Assembly (NCBI GenBank): GCA_025998675.1
Contig: AP024673.1
Span: forward strand, 323,520 to 387,519
Origin: Fimbriimonadales bacterium
GTDB lineage: Bacteria; Armatimonadota; Fimbriimonadia; Fimbriimonadales; GBS-DC
Reading direction: 5' to 3'
DNA length: 64,000 bases
In this document: positions 25,109 to 36,100 of the stretch, in pieces
Layout of the letters: every line of letters starts with the position of its first letter
How positions within the stretch are numbered: the first letter of the stretch is position 1
Position numbers and translations under genes: made by a program
The notes under the pieces: generated by a model
Told to the model about the DNA's origin: nothing
Databases searched by the model: none
What the model saw: only the letters and a program-made list of their open reading frames with translations

Positions 25109-26316
25109 TGGCAATCCAGCGGATTACGCCCGAAGCCGATGAGCGGGTCAAGCGACGCGCCCTGCTGGCGGTCTTCATCACGATTTTCGTCAGCCTCATC
25201 GGCTTCGGGATAGTCATCCCGCTCCTGCCATTTTATGCCCAGCGCTTTCAGGCGAGCGAGTTGCAGATTGGTCTGCTATTCGCCTCGTTTTCTGTCGCCC
25301 AACTGATTGCCTCGCCCATTCTGGGCGAGTGGTCTGACCGCTGGGGGCGTCGTCCCGTGCTGATTCTGAGCCTGCTGGGGTCGGCGGCGAGCTTCGTGAT
25401 GCTGGCGCTTGCGCCGAATCTGTTCTGGCTGTTCCTCTCGCGTTTGCTGGACGGCTTCACGGGAGGCAACATCACGACGGCGCGCGCCTACATCGCTGAC
25501 ATCAGCCCGCCAGAGCGGCGCGCGCGCAACTTCGGGCTGATTGGCGCAGCGTTCGGGCTGGGGTTCATCGTCGGTCCCGCGCTGGGAGGTGGGCTGGCGT
25601 CGTTTGGGCTGGCGGTTCCCGCGTGGGCAGCGGCGGTGATTTCGCTGCTCGCGGCTGGGTATGCGTTCGTGGCGCTGCCTGAAACGGCGCACCTCGCGCC
25701 TGCGAAACGCCCCTCCCCATGGCGCGAGATGCCCGCGCTGCTGACCCGAAGCGCCGCCGCCCGCCTGCTCTGGATGAACTTTATCCTCTGGCTCGGCTTC
25801 TCGGTGTATCAGACGACCTTCCCGCTGTTTGTGGCGGTGCGCTTCGGACTGGGACCGCGCGAGATTGGCTACATCCTGGCGGTGGTGGGACTGGTGGGCG
25901 CGCTCTCGCAGGCGGCGCTGGTCGGGCGCGTGGTGCATGCGCTGGGCGAGCAACGGACGCTGCTGGTCGGGCTGCTGCTGAATGTGGTGGGGTTGTTCGG
26001 CGCGGCGTTCACCCAATCGCTGTTCCTGTTCTACCTGCTGGTGGGAGTCGCTTCGGTAGGGGGCGCGCTGGCGTTGCCCAGCGTGGTGAGTCTTATCAGT
26101 CGCTCCGCGACCGACGCCGAGCAGGGGCGCATTCAAGGCGTTTCGGGGTCGCTGGAGAGCCTTGCGCGGATTGTGGGACCCATCGGGGGCAACGGCGCGC
26201 TCAAATACAGCGACGCGCTGCCCTACGCCGCCGCCGCGGGGTTGCTGGTGTTCAGCATGTGGCTTGCGCTCGGCGTGCGCCCTGCAGAGAAGCCGCCCCG
26301 TCCCGACGGGCAGTAG
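25108..26316 (+). CDS. MFS transporter (drug:H+ antiporter / Tet-like)
   Basis: 402 aa, 12-TM pattern, 'LGEWSDRWGRRPVLILSLLG' motif A. TGATG overlap with the secDF stop. Confidence 0.85.
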   Translation: MAIQRITPEADERVKRRALLAVFITIFVSLIGFGIVIPLLPFYAQRFQASELQIGLLFASFSVAQLIASPILGEWSDRWGRRPVLILSLLGSAASFVMLALAPNLFWLFLSRLLDGFTGGNITTARAYIADISPPERRARNFGLIGAAFGLGFIVGPALGGGLASFGLAVPAWAAAVISLLAAGYAFVALPETAHLAPAKRPSPWREMPALLTRSAAARLLWMNFILWLGFSVYQTTFPLFVAVRFGLGPREIGYILAVVGLVGALSQAALVGRVVHALGEQRTLLVGLLLNVVGLFGAAFTQSLFLFYLLVGVASVGGALALPSVVSLISRSATDAEQGRIQGVSGSLESLARIVGPIGGNGALKYSDALPYAAAAGLLVFSMWLALGVRPAEKPPRPDGQ

Positions 26317-26336
26317 GCGCAACTGTGCAACGGGCG

Positions 26337-27293
26337 ATGCGGTACACTCTCCCTGTGCGCTATCGTGTGGTTGGCTCGCCGCAGCCGCTGGCGGCGCCTG
26401 TGGAAGACCCGCTGCATCGGGCGGCGTTCGCCTACCGTGTGCAGGGGCTTGCCGAGGGCGCGACGCCGACGATGCTGTTCGAAGTCTACGCACAGCGGCA
26501 GACTCTGTACCCTTACGCCGAGCGCGCCTGTCGGTTGCTGCTGGCGTGCTACGAGCTGGCGCGTACACGGCTGGGCTTGGATCATTCGCTGCGCTACGAC
26601 CGCCTGCTGCGCGTGTTTCTGATGACCGAGGGTAGGGCGGGCGCGGAGCAGCAGCAGAACCTGATGTACCTGTACGACCTGAGCGAGCGCGTGCCCCCGC
26701 ACGAATGGCTGCGCGAGCTGACGCACGAGTACGGGCACTGGATTATTCCCCCCATCAACTCGTTCACCGAGCCAGAGGCGTGGGCGAACGGCGATCTGGG
26801 CGAGCGGTGGTTCACCCAGCACCTGATGGCGCGGGCGCGAAACGCAGGCGGCGAGGCTGAGTTTCTCATGGGCGCATCGCCGAGTGCGTTGGAGTCGTAC
26901 CTGCGCCGCGCCGTCGAGCCGCTCATCGCGCGCATGGCGCGGGAGGGCTTGAACCCGCAGCGGTGGCGTTCGCGTGGGCGGGCGGGCTACGAGGAGTACC
27001 TCGCGCTCGCGCTTTACATCGACCGCGTGTACGGCAGCGAGCGACTGGGCAGAGCGATGCTGTGCGCAGGCGGGATTGAACCAGACGATTTTCTGCGCGG
27101 CGTGCGGGAGAGCCTCACCGAACCCGACCGCCTCACGGCGCAACTGCCCTTTGCTAATGGGTATCTGTTCCTGCCAGGGGGCGTACCGCGCTGGCGGGTC
27201 GTTGAACCCCGCGAGGCGACGCTCACGCCTGACCCTAAGCGCCCCGAATGGGCGCGCTGTACGGCGACCCAGCTGGTGTTGCGCCGGCGTTAG
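26337..27293 (+). CDS. Hypothetical protein with an HExxH zinc-peptidase motif
   Basis: 'LRELTHEYGHWIIPP'. The track ORF 25719.. overlaps the MFS gene; the start is taken at ATG 26337 (or GTG 26325). Confidence 0.5.
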   Translation: MRYTLPVRYRVVGSPQPLAAPVEDPLHRAAFAYRVQGLAEGATPTMLFEVYAQRQTLYPYAERACRLLLACYELARTRLGLDHSLRYDRLLRVFLMTEGRAGAEQQQNLMYLYDLSERVPPHEWLRELTHEYGHWIIPPINSFTEPEAWANGDLGERWFTQHLMARARNAGGEAEFLMGASPSALESYLRRAVEPLIARMAREGLNPQRWRSRGRAGYEEYLALALYIDRVYGSERLGRAMLCAGGIEPDDFLRGVRESLTEPDRLTAQLPFANGYLFLPGGVPRWRVVEPREATLTPDPKRPEWARCTATQLVLRRR

Positions 27294-28030
27294 TTCCAGG
27301 GCGTCGGCACGCGGTTGGGGTCTTCAATCCGACGCGCCTCAATCAGTACGCCCTGCTCGCTTAACTCACGCGCCTGACTCTCTGCCTTGCGCCGCGGCAG
27401 GTTCGTGAGCAGCACCATCGGAACCGTCTCCAGCAGCTTTTTCACATCGGGACGGTTCAAATCCAGAAACCGTTCCAGCGCCAGGATTGCCTGCTCCTCC
27501 TTGAGGCGATCGACGCCCAGTAGCACGAGTTCATAAGGGGTCGGGTCGTCCTGCGCGGGGATGGGCATCCCGGCGGGCACGCGCCCCGTCGTGCGGATGG
27601 GAAACTCGCGCTGGCACTGCTCACAAATCGCCGCCGCCGCCTTGACCGAGACCTGCTCCATCGAGCCGCAGTGCGGGCACTTGACCGCGATGACCTCCAT
27701 CACGCGCCCGTTCTCGATGGGCACCCGCTTGAGGCAGTGTTCGCAGGTGAAGTCCATCTGCGGCGGGGCGACCAGCACCGTCTCCTTACGGCAAAACGGG
27801 CACTCGACAGGATGCGCGGGCACTTTCGTGGTTTTGTAATACGACCAGCCCGCGTAGCCCCACGCGCCCAGCCAGAGGAGACCAAAGCCCCACGAGAACG
27901 AGTAAAACATGCCGCCGTACCGCCAGAACAGAAAGGTCAGCCCCAGCGCCACCAGCCCCACGATGCCGTAGATGACTGCCTGCGTGTATTCCTTCTCAAC
28001 AGCGTCTGAACGCTTAATGGGTTCGTCCAC
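27290..28030 (-). CDS. Membrane protein with two zinc ribbons and a ribosomal L7/L12 C-terminal-like domain
   Basis: Two N-terminal TMs. Cys pairs CPFC...CEHC and CPHC...CEQC. C-terminal 'YELVLLGVDRLKEEQAILALERFLDLNRPDVKKLLETVPMVLLTNLPRRKAESQARELSEQGVLIEAR' follows the L7/L12 CTD pattern. AGGAGG RBS. Confidence 0.55.
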   Translation of the reverse strand: MDEPIKRSDAVEKEYTQAVIYGIVGLVALGLTFLFWRYGGMFYSFSWGFGLLWLGAWGYAGWSYYKTTKVPAHPVECPFCRKETVLVAPPQMDFTCEHCLKRVPIENGRVMEVIAVKCPHCGSMEQVSVKAAAAICEQCQREFPIRTTGRVPAGMPIPAQDDPTPYELVLLGVDRLKEEQAILALERFLDLNRPDVKKLLETVPMVLLTNLPRRKAESQARELSEQGVLIEARRIEDPNRVPTPWN

Positions 28031-28078
28031 GCTCTCGCCTCCTGTTTTATAATACGCTCTGGCGAGGCGTGATTCCTG

Positions 28079-28795
28079 CTACTGCGCCAGTTGCGGGTCG
28101 TACAGGAGCCTGCCGCAGCTTTCGCAGGCAATCAGCGCGTCCTCGTTTTCGAGGCGTTTGAGGGTGTAGGGGGTGAGCAGGGTGTGGCACACGGTGCAGG
28201 CTTTCTGCGCCACGACGGCGACGGCGGTACCGCCCAACCGTTCGCGTAGCGTCTGATAGCGCGCCAGTGCGTCGGGGTCAATCTGTTGCGTCAGTTTCTC
28301 GCGCTCTTTCTCGTGGAAGGCGATTTCCGACTCCAGCGCGGCTTTACGCTGGCGGTACTCTTCCACATGCGCCTCGTAGAAGCGTTCAATCTGCTGCAGG
28401 TCGCGCTCGGAGGCGTCGATGTCCTTTTTCAGCGATTCGAGGTCGTCCCACATTTTGAGCATCTGCATATCCAGTTCCTCGCGCGTCTGCTTGGCTTGCT
28501 CGATTTCCTGTTGCATCAGTTGCAGCTCGCGCGGGTTGGTGACGCGCCCGGAGTAGAGGTCGGCTTCCGCCTGGCGGATGCGCTGGTCGAATTCCTGCAG
28601 GAGGCGTTCCTGTTCGGCGGCGGCGGCGTAGCTCTGCTCGTAGCGCGCCTTGATTTGCTCCATACGCGCGCGGGATTGTTCGAGCTTGACGCGGATACGC
28701 TCGCCCGAATCGAGCTGCGCCAGTTCCTTACGCAGGCGATCGATGTACGAATCGATCGCCTGCAGGTCGCGCAACAGGCTCATCTGTCGATGCAT
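28079..28795 (-). CDS. Coiled-coil C4 zinc-ribbon protein (DUF164-like)
   Basis: 238 aa. 'LLRDLQAIDSYIDRLRKELAQLD', a long heptad region, and C-terminal 'CTVCHTLLTPY...CESCGRLLY'. Confidence 0.7.
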   Translation of the reverse strand: MHRQMSLLRDLQAIDSYIDRLRKELAQLDSGERIRVKLEQSRARMEQIKARYEQSYAAAAEQERLLQEFDQRIRQAEADLYSGRVTNPRELQLMQQEIEQAKQTREELDMQMLKMWDDLESLKKDIDASERDLQQIERFYEAHVEEYRQRKAALESEIAFHEKEREKLTQQIDPDALARYQTLRERLGGTAVAVVAQKACTVCHTLLTPYTLKRLENEDALIACESCGRLLYDPQLAQ

Positions 28796-28798
28796 ATG

Positions 28799-30661
28799 CT
28801 ACCCCAGCAGATAGGAACGCGCCTTTTTGGTGATGGGTTTGCCGATGTCGTCCTCTTTGAGGTGCCACACGGGCGAGCCGCGATGCAACTCGAAGCACGG
28901 GTACGCGCTGAGGATCGAGGCGGTCTGCTCCCGGCGCGTGCGACGGATGATGTTCAGTTCGTTGTGCAGGGTCAGAAAGTCCGCCCCGCGCGGGTGGTCG
29001 CGCATCAGCTCAATGAGCAGGTGGTAGGTGGAGAGGGCGTCGGCTTGCGCCTGCAGGTTCAGCAGCCGCTCGTAGCGCGCGGGCGAGATGGCGAGCAGCG
29101 GGTCCACCTCGCCTGTGTAGCGCAGGCGGTACGCATCAGGCTGATCGGTGCGCTCCAGCATAAAGATAGCGCCCGAAATCGGGTCTAACGCCGCGAACTT
29201 GTCGAACAGCCCGTAGATCAGGCGCGTTTCGTGGTTCAGCCACACCTCATAGGGCTGGTCGTTCTCGTCGATGAAGGTCAGCTGCTGCAGGAACGGCTCG
29301 TCGGGCAGGAAGCCCAGCGGAATCTGGCACATCGGGATGGTGCCCAGGTCCTTGTGTGGCTGGCGCAGCACGATGCGCACCGCGCTGGGAATCTGGTCCG
29401 GGTAGGCGGGCGTCTCCTCGTCCAGCACATCCTGCGCGCGCACATCGAGAATCTCATCGCGCAGGGTCTTCGGGTAGCCCTCGGGGTCAATCAGCACATC
29501 GTAGGGGTCGCCCTCCTCGTTGCGCAGGTCGGGCAACTCAGGGAACTCGAACACTGAGGGCACGGTGCGCACATATTCGGGCACATCCTCGTCGCGCCCG
29601 AAGCGGTCGAACCCGAACCACACGAGCCGCCCATCGCTCCAGAGGGCGTTCACCAGCGTGTCGAGGTCTTCGCGGAAGGTGCGGCTTTTCGGCGTGACCT
29701 CGAACAGCTCTTCGAGCAGCTTCGATGCGCGGGCGATGCCCTCCGTTTTGAGCAGGTTGGCGACGATATGCTCCACCTCGTCGGGGCGCAGTTCGAGCGG
29801 CTGAGTCTCTTCGGCGGGCATCTCCTGCAGCCACTCCTGCACCTGCGCTTTTGCGCGTTCCCGCCACTGCTCGGCGACTGCGCGGGGATACCACTGCCCG
29901 TCGCTGCCCCAGACCCACTCGTCGGACTGATAGATGGCTTCGAACAGCGCGACGCCGTCGTAGGGGTAAACCCAGCGCGGGTCGGGGTCTAAGGTGAAGT
30001 ACCAGCCCAGAAAGCCCACCACGCGATTGGGCACAGGCTCGCCCAGCTGGCGCACGAACGCGAGGGCGGTTTCGGGGCGCGTCCAGTCCATGCCCTGCGC
30101 CTGCGACACATAGCGCTCCACCTCGTCCCATTTGAGGTCGTTGTAGAACAGGGCGTCATGGACGGCGCGTTCGCGCTCCTCGGCGCGCTCCCACTCGTAG
30201 GGGATAGGTTCAATCCAGTCGGGCACGAAGAGCCACTCGCGCAGCCCCACCTCGCCGCTGCGCGTGATGAAGAGCGTTTCGGAGCTTTGGGCAAGGCGCG
30301 GCAGGATGGTCTCATAATGCTCGAACGAGCGTCTGAGGTGCGCGCCCAGCTCGACGGCTAACGCGGTGCGCGGCACGGGCGCGCCGACCGCGCGGATGAT
30401 ACGCTCGGTAAGCGCCAGCACGGGAATGTTGCGATGCGCCTTGCGATAGAGGGGCTGCCAGCGACGCTCTTCCTGAAAGAACTTGTCGGGCATGTTCAAC
30501 AGGAGTGCGCGCAGCTCGCCCGAAGACAGCTCCAGCGACTGGATGCGTTCTCGAATCTCGTTGGCGCGCAGGGGCATCGGCTCGCCCTGCATGAAGGCGC
30601 GTAAGACCTCGCGCGCGAGATAGTCCAGCTCCAACCGTGTCTCGATTTTCGTGGCTTCCAT
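28799..30661 (-). CDS. Large acidic hypothetical protein (about 620 aa), possibly with winged-helix-like modules
   Basis: ATG 30661 ('[20 protein letters not shown]...') is preferred over the GTG at 30697. No catalytic motif was recognised. It is the first gene of a three-gene minus-strand unit. Confidence 0.5.
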   Translation of the reverse strand: MEATKIETRLELDYLAREVLRAFMQGEPMPLRANEIRERIQSLELSSGELRALLLNMPDKFFQEERRWQPLYRKAHRNIPVLALTERIIRAVGAPVPRTALAVELGAHLRRSFEHYETILPRLAQSSETLFITRSGEVGLREWLFVPDWIEPIPYEWERAEERERAVHDALFYNDLKWDEVERYVSQAQGMDWTRPETALAFVRQLGEPVPNRVVGFLGWYFTLDPDPRWVYPYDGVALFEAIYQSDEWVWGSDGQWYPRAVAEQWRERAKAQVQEWLQEMPAEETQPLELRPDEVEHIVANLLKTEGIARASKLLEELFEVTPKSRTFREDLDTLVNALWSDGRLVWFGFDRFGRDEDVPEYVRTVPSVFEFPELPDLRNEEGDPYDVLIDPEGYPKTLRDEILDVRAQDVLDEETPAYPDQIPSAVRIVLRQPHKDLGTIPMCQIPLGFLPDEPFLQQLTFIDENDQPYEVWLNHETRLIYGLFDKFAALDPISGAIFMLERTDQPDAYRLRYTGEVDPLLAISPARYERLLNLQAQADALSTYHLLIELMRDHPRGADFLTLHNELNIIRRTRREQTASILSAYPCFELHRGSPVWHLKEDDIGKPITKKARSYLLG

Positions 30662-30679
30662 ACAGTTATCCCGCGCGAG

Positions 30680-30685
30680 AGTATA
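30680..30685 (-). promoter_or_regulatory. -10 box GG-TATACT upstream of the 28799-30661 gene
   Basis: The minus strand reads cgGGTATACT, then 18 nt, then ATG. Confidence 0.3.
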
Positions 30686-30696
30686 CCCGAAACGCA

Positions 30697-30731
30697 CAAA
30701 AACAGGGGCGCAGGATGTTCCCGCGCCCCTG
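30697..30731 (-). terminator. Rho-independent terminator of hsp20
   Basis: 9-bp stem CAGGGGCGC/GCGCCCCTG with an 11-nt loop, followed on the minus strand by TTTTTGTG. Located 10 nt after the stop. Confidence 0.7.
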
Positions 30732-30740
30732 CAGGAGTAT

Positions 30741-31229
30741 TTACTTCTCGAACTCCACCTTGACGGCTTTCGGCTTCGCCGACTCGGCTTTGGGCAGGCG
30801 CACCTCCAGCACGCCGTTGCGGTAGACGGCTTTCACGCGGTTCTCGTCGATCGCAGTGGGCAGCGTGTAGGCGACGCTGAACTTGCCGTAGCCGCCCATG
30901 CGACTGACATAGTGCGCCTGTACCTGATCGCCCTCGATGAGCGCCTTGCGCTCGCCCGACACCGTGAGCGTGCCGTTCGACAGCTCCACATGCAGGTCTT
31001 TCTCGGACACGCCCGGCGCGGTCACGAACACCACGAACTCATCGGGCGTCTCGTACACATCCAGCGCAGGCGTGAACTCAAGCTCCGTCGGCGTCGTCAA
31101 GGTCGGTCGCCAGTCGAAGAAACGACCAAACAGGTCGTCCATCTCGCGTCGGAACTGCTCCATCTCACGGAACGGATTCCAGCGCACAACAGCGCTCTCA
31201 GGCTCGCGTCGTACCAGTCCTCGCATCAT
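30741..31229 (-). CDS. Hsp20/alpha-crystallin family small heat-shock protein
   Basis: '[42 protein letters not shown]' and '[14 protein letters not shown]'. AGGAGGG RBS before the MM start. Confidence 0.9.
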   Translation of the reverse strand: MMRGLVRREPESAVVRWNPFREMEQFRREMDDLFGRFFDWRPTLTTPTELEFTPALDVYETPDEFVVFVTAPGVSEKDLHVELSNGTLTVSGERKALIEGDQVQAHYVSRMGGYGKFSVAYTLPTAIDENRVKAVYRNGVLEVRLPKAESAKPKAVKVEFEK

Positions 31230-31367
31230 GCATCCCTCCTTGTGAGTGTCTCTATGGAAGGTCTCTTGAGCGCCTTCCACTCAATATTACGATTCGGCGT
31301 TTCGGAAAGTTCCCGCCCGTTTCGGAAAATCGCCCGCATGTGCCATAATATAAGCGGAGGCGCGACG

Positions 31368-32981
31368 ATGAGCCAGAAGACTATCACGGAACGAAAGCAG
31401 CGATTCGAGTCGCTGTCGGGTATCGAAATCAAGCGTTTTTACACACCGCAGGATATTGCCCATCTGGACTACGCGCACGATCTGGGCAACCCGGGCGAAT
31501 ATCCCTTTACGCGCGGGCTGTACGAATCGGGCTACCGCACGAAATTGTGGACCGTGCGTCAGTTTTCGGGCTTTGCCACCCCTGAGGAGACGAATCAACG
31601 CTACAAGTACCTCATCGAGCAGGGGCAGACGGGATTGTCGGTGGCGTTTGATCTGCCGACGCTGATGGGCGTAGACCCCGACGACCCCGAAGCGGAAGGC
31701 GAGGTGGGCAAGTGCGGGGTGAGCGTCGCCTCGCTGGAAGATATGGAGATTCTGTTCGATGGCATCGACCTCGCCAGCATCACCACCTCGATGACCATCA
31801 ACGCGCCCGCGATTATCATCTGGGGCATGTATCTCGCCGTCGCTGAGAAGCGCGGCATCCCGCTGGAACAGCTATCGGGCACGATTCAAAACGACATTCT
31901 GAAAGAATTCATCGCGCAGAAGGAGTGGGTCTACCCGCCTGAGCCGCACATGAAGCTCATCGTGGACACGATTGAGTTCGCGACGCACTATGTGCCGAAG
32001 TGGCATCCGATCAGCGTCAGCGGCTACCATATTCGCGAGGCGGGCGCGACGGCAGTGCAGGAGCTGGCGTTCACCCTCGCGGATGGGCTGGAGTATGTGC
32101 GCTGGTGTCTGGATCGGGGGCTGGACATCGACGACTTCGCGCCGAAGTTTTCGTTTTTCTTCAACGCGCATATCGACTTTTTCGAGGAGATTGGCAAGTA
32201 CCGTGCGGCGCGGCGCATCTGGGCGCGCGAGATGCGCGAGACCTTCGGCGCGAAAAACCCGCGCTCGTGGTGGATGCGCTTCCATACCCAGACGGCGGGC
32301 GTCTCGCTCACGATGCAGCAGCCCTATGTGAACCTGATCCGCTCCACCATCGAAGCGCTGGCGGCGGCGCTGGGCGGCACGCAGTCGCTTCATGTGAACT
32401 CGTTCGACGAGGCGTGGGCGCTGCCGACCGAAGAGGCGGTGCTGCTCTCGCTGCGCACGCAACAGGTGATTGCCCATGAGTCGGGCGTCACGAACACGGT
32501 GGACCCGCTGGGCGGCGCGTATTTCGTGGAGTGGATGACCGACCAGATGGAGGCGGGCGCACGCGAATACTTCCGCCGCATCGAAGAGGAGGGCGGCGTT
32601 ATCCCCGCCGTCAAAAGCGGCTTCTTCCAGCAGGAGATTGCCGACGCCGCGTACCGATTCCAGCAGCGCGTAGAGGAGCGCGACTTCGTGTGGGTCGGCG
32701 TGAACGAATACCAGATGGCAGAGGAGCCGATCCCGTTCCGCATTCTCAAAATCGAGCATGAGGCGCACGAGAAGCAGGTCAAGCGTCTGGCAGACCTGCG
32801 CCGTCGACGCGATAACCGCGCGGTGGCGCAAGCCCTCACCGACCTCGTGGCTGCCGCGCGGCGTGAGGAGAACCTGATGGCGCCCATCCTGAACGCCATC
32901 AAAGCCTACGCGACGCTCGGCGAGATGGTCAACGCGCTCAAAGAGGTGTACGGCACTTACACCGAAGGCGCGATGATCTGA
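31368..32981 (+). CDS. Methylmalonyl-CoA mutase family large (substrate-binding) subunit, lacking a B12-binding domain
   Basis: 537 aa. '[54 protein letters not shown]'. GGAGG RBS. The first 239 aa of track ORF 30651.. are antisense to hsp20. Confidence 0.85.
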   Translation: MSQKTITERKQRFESLSGIEIKRFYTPQDIAHLDYAHDLGNPGEYPFTRGLYESGYRTKLWTVRQFSGFATPEETNQRYKYLIEQGQTGLSVAFDLPTLMGVDPDDPEAEGEVGKCGVSVASLEDMEILFDGIDLASITTSMTINAPAIIIWGMYLAVAEKRGIPLEQLSGTIQNDILKEFIAQKEWVYPPEPHMKLIVDTIEFATHYVPKWHPISVSGYHIREAGATAVQELAFTLADGLEYVRWCLDRGLDIDDFAPKFSFFFNAHIDFFEEIGKYRAARRIWAREMRETFGAKNPRSWWMRFHTQTAGVSLTMQQPYVNLIRSTIEALAAALGGTQSLHVNSFDEAWALPTEEAVLLSLRTQQVIAHESGVTNTVDPLGGAYFVEWMTDQMEAGAREYFRRIEEEGGVIPAVKSGFFQQEIADAAYRFQQRVEERDFVWVGVNEYQMAEEPIPFRILKIEHEAHEKQVKRLADLRRRRDNRAVAQALTDLVAAARREENLMAPILNAIKAYATLGEMVNALKEVYGTYTEGAMI

Positions 32982-33030
32982 AGACCAATTAGCTGGTTAA
33001 GCGCCAAATTCCAGTCGATAGGTGCAAGTC

Positions 33031-33106
33031 GCGCGACGCTGTCTGTATGGAGTGCGGAAGCGGGGCTTCCGCGCATGCTGAAGCTCCCGCTTCAGCACTC
33101 CAAAGG
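33031..33106 (+). repeat. Extragenic palindromic element, family 1, full copy
   Basis: gcgcgacgctgtctgTATGGAGTG-CGGAAGCgggGCTTCCG-cgcat-GCTGAAGCtcccGCTTCAGC-ACTCCAAAGG. Its ATG generates the spurious '[14 protein letters not shown]...' N-terminal extension of the next ORF. Confidence 0.85.
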
Positions 33107-33178
33107 ATTCGCCTTGCACGCATGGGCGCGAATTGTCAGGCAGGAATCTCTTTCCCGCCGTCGAATCCGCCGTCTGTG

Positions 33179-36100
33179 ATGCGAGGACTGAGGTGGTTTG
33201 TAGGCTGGTTGCTTCTCGGCGTTATTGCGTGGGCGCAGGATACGCCCTATCGTTTACCCGATGTGTATGCTTTGCGCGGCGCGAAGATTGTATCCAACAC
33301 CGCGCCGCCGATTGAGAACGGTGTGCTGGTGGTGCGCAACGGCGTCATCGCCGCGATTGGCGGCAGTGACACGCCGATCCCCGCCGATGCGGAGGTCATC
33401 GACGCGAGCGGGCACACGGTGTACCCCGGCTTCATCGACGCCTTCACGAGTCTGGGCATGCCTGCGCAGGCGAACGACCCCGCGTATGCCAGCTACGAGC
33501 GCGGCAACACGCACCCGAACGCGCAGATTCGCCCGGAGCGTCAGGCGACGGTGCTGATGCAGCCCGATTCGGCGCAGCTCACGCGCTGGCGTCGCGCGGG
33601 CTTCGTCGCCGCGCATATTGCGCCGCCGCACGGAATTATGAGCGGGCAGAGCGCGGTCATCAGCGTGGGGACGGGCGCGCCTGCGGCGCTGGTGATTGCG
33701 CCACAGGTCGGCGTGGTGTTGAACCTGCGCGGGCGCGGCGGCTTCGAAGGCGGGGGCGGCTACCCCAGCTCGCTGATGGGCGCGATTGCGCTCGTGCGGC
33801 AGACGCTTTATGACGCCCAGCACCAGATGCAGGTCTGGGAGGCGTACCTGCGCGACCCGACGGGCAAGCCGCGTCCGGCGATGAACCGCGCGCTGGAGGC
33901 GTTGCAGCCCGTGCTGAAGCGCGAGACGCCCCTGCTGGCAATCGCCAACAGCGCGGAAGACATCCGCCGCGTGCTGCGCATTGCCGACGAGTTCAACCTG
34001 CGCGTGGTGATTGTGGGTGGGCAGGAAGCGGCGAAAGTCGCTGCAGACCTCAAAAAGCGCGACATCCCCGTGCTGCTGACCCTTGAGATGCCCGAACCGC
34101 TGCGCAGCTACGACCCGCTCAACCCGCCGACGCTGACCAGCCTGCGCAATCGCGCGCTGGCGTATCAGAACGCCGCCATTCTGCACGAACACGGGGTGCG
34201 ATTCGCCGTCACGACCGAGGGGCTGGGCGACCCGGAGCGGCTGCTGCGCAACCTGCGCACGGCGATTGCGAACGGCTTGCCCAAAGAGGCGGCGCTGCGC
34301 GCCCTGACGCTGACCCCCGCCGAGCTGATGGGGCTGCAGAACCGCTTCGGCGACCTCGCCGTGGGCAAGACAGCGAGCTTTGTGGTGGTGCGCGGGGAAC
34401 TGTTTGAGCCGCGTGCGCGAATTGAGTTCGTGTTCGCGGACGGCAAGCGCTTCAAAGTGAGCGACGCGCAACAGACCGCGAGCGCGCCTGCCACGCCGCC
34501 CTTCCGCCGCCCGCGCGCCTGGGACGCCGAGAACACAGGCAGTCTGCTGGAAGCCTCCTGCTGCTTCCACCATGCGCACGGCAGCACATTAACCCACATG
34601 CAGAGCCACGACCACGAGGCGCATGCGTGCGAGGATGCATGCACCGACCACCTCACTGCGGGTGTGCCCCCGCGACAGGACGCCCCGCGCGAGCAGAGCA
34701 GTCAGCCGCCCGCCGAGCGCACGGAGCAGGCAGGCGCATCTGACGAGACGCCGACTCTGCCGCGCGTGAAGCTCACGCCGCTGATGCCCCCGCCCGCCGA
34801 TGAACACAACACATGGCTCATTCGCAACGCCACTGTGTGGACGATGGCGCACGATAAACCGCTGCCCAGCACCGATGTGCTGGTGGTGGACGGCAGAATC
34901 GCGGCGGTGGGCAAAAACCTGACCGCGCCGCCCAATGCGCGTATCATCGACGGCACGGGCAAGCACCTCACGCCCGGACTGCTGGACTGCCACTCGCACA
35001 CCGCCATTACCGGCGGCGTGAACGAGGGCACGAATGTCTGCACCGCCGAAGTGCGCATTCAGGATGTGATTAACCCCGACGATGTGAACATCTACCGCCA
35101 GCTCGCGGGCGGGCTGACGGGCGCGCTGATGCTGCACGGCTCGGCGAATGTGATTGGCGGACAGAGCATCACGGTCAAGTGGCGCTGGGGCAAGCCCGCC
35201 GACGAGATGATTTTCAAAGAGGCGCCCACAGGCATCAAGTTCGCGCTGGGCGAGAATGTCAAGCGTTCCAACTTTCGCACAGGCGGACCGACGCGCTACC
35301 CCGCCTCGCGCATGGGCGTGGAGCAGGTGATTCGCGATCGGTTCCTCGCCGCGCTGGACTACAAACGCCACTGGGACGAGTATCGACAGGGCAAGCGTCC
35401 GCTGCCGCCCCAGCGCGATTTGCAACTCGACGCGCTGGTCGAGATTCTGGAGGGCAAGCGGCTCATTCACTGCCACAGCTACCGTCAGGATGAGATTCTG
35501 ATGCTGCTGCGCGTGTGCGAGGAGTTCGGCGTGCGCGTGGGCACGCTCCAACATGTGCTGGAGGGCTACAAGGTCGCCAACGAGATTGCCCGCCATGGCG
35601 CCGGGGCGTCCTCGTTCTCCGACTGGTGGGCGTACAAGGTCGAGGTGTATGACGCCATCCCGCACAACGGCGCGATTATGTGGGAGCGCGGCGTGGTGGT
35701 GACCTTCAACTCCGACAGCAACGAGCTGGCGCGCCGCATGAACACCGAAGCGACCAAAGCGGTCAAGTACGGCGGCGTGCCCGAAGTGGAGGCGCTCAAG
35801 TTCGTGACGCTGAATGTCGCCAAACAGCTCGGCATCGACCGCTATGTCGGCTCGATTGAGGTAGGCAAGCACGCCGACCTCGCGCTCTGGAGCGACCACC
35901 CGCTGAGCGGCTACGCCGTTTGCGAGAAGACCTTCGTGGACGGCGTGCTTTACTTCGACCGCGAGCGCGACCGCGCATGGCGCGAGGAGCTGGAGAAGGA
36001 GCGTCAGGAGTACCTGAAGGGGCTGCGCGCCGAGTCGGTGTTCGACGAGCGGCGGCGCGAGCGCGAGGAGTCCACGCCCCGTGAGACGCCGCCGACAGGC

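Noticed and set aside
30651-31367. The first 239 codons of the 776-aa ORF containing the mutase
   Set aside because: This part is antisense to hsp20 and its terminator. The mutase homology begins at the ATG at 31368, which has a GGAGG RBS.
33047-33178. N-terminal extension '[19 protein letters not shown]...' of the amidohydrolase ORF
   Set aside because: This ATG and the first ~20 codons are simply the family-1 palindromic repeat. The same pseudo-peptide appears at the other copies (e.g. 42205-42465-, 47670-47900+). The true start is the signal-peptide Met at 33179.
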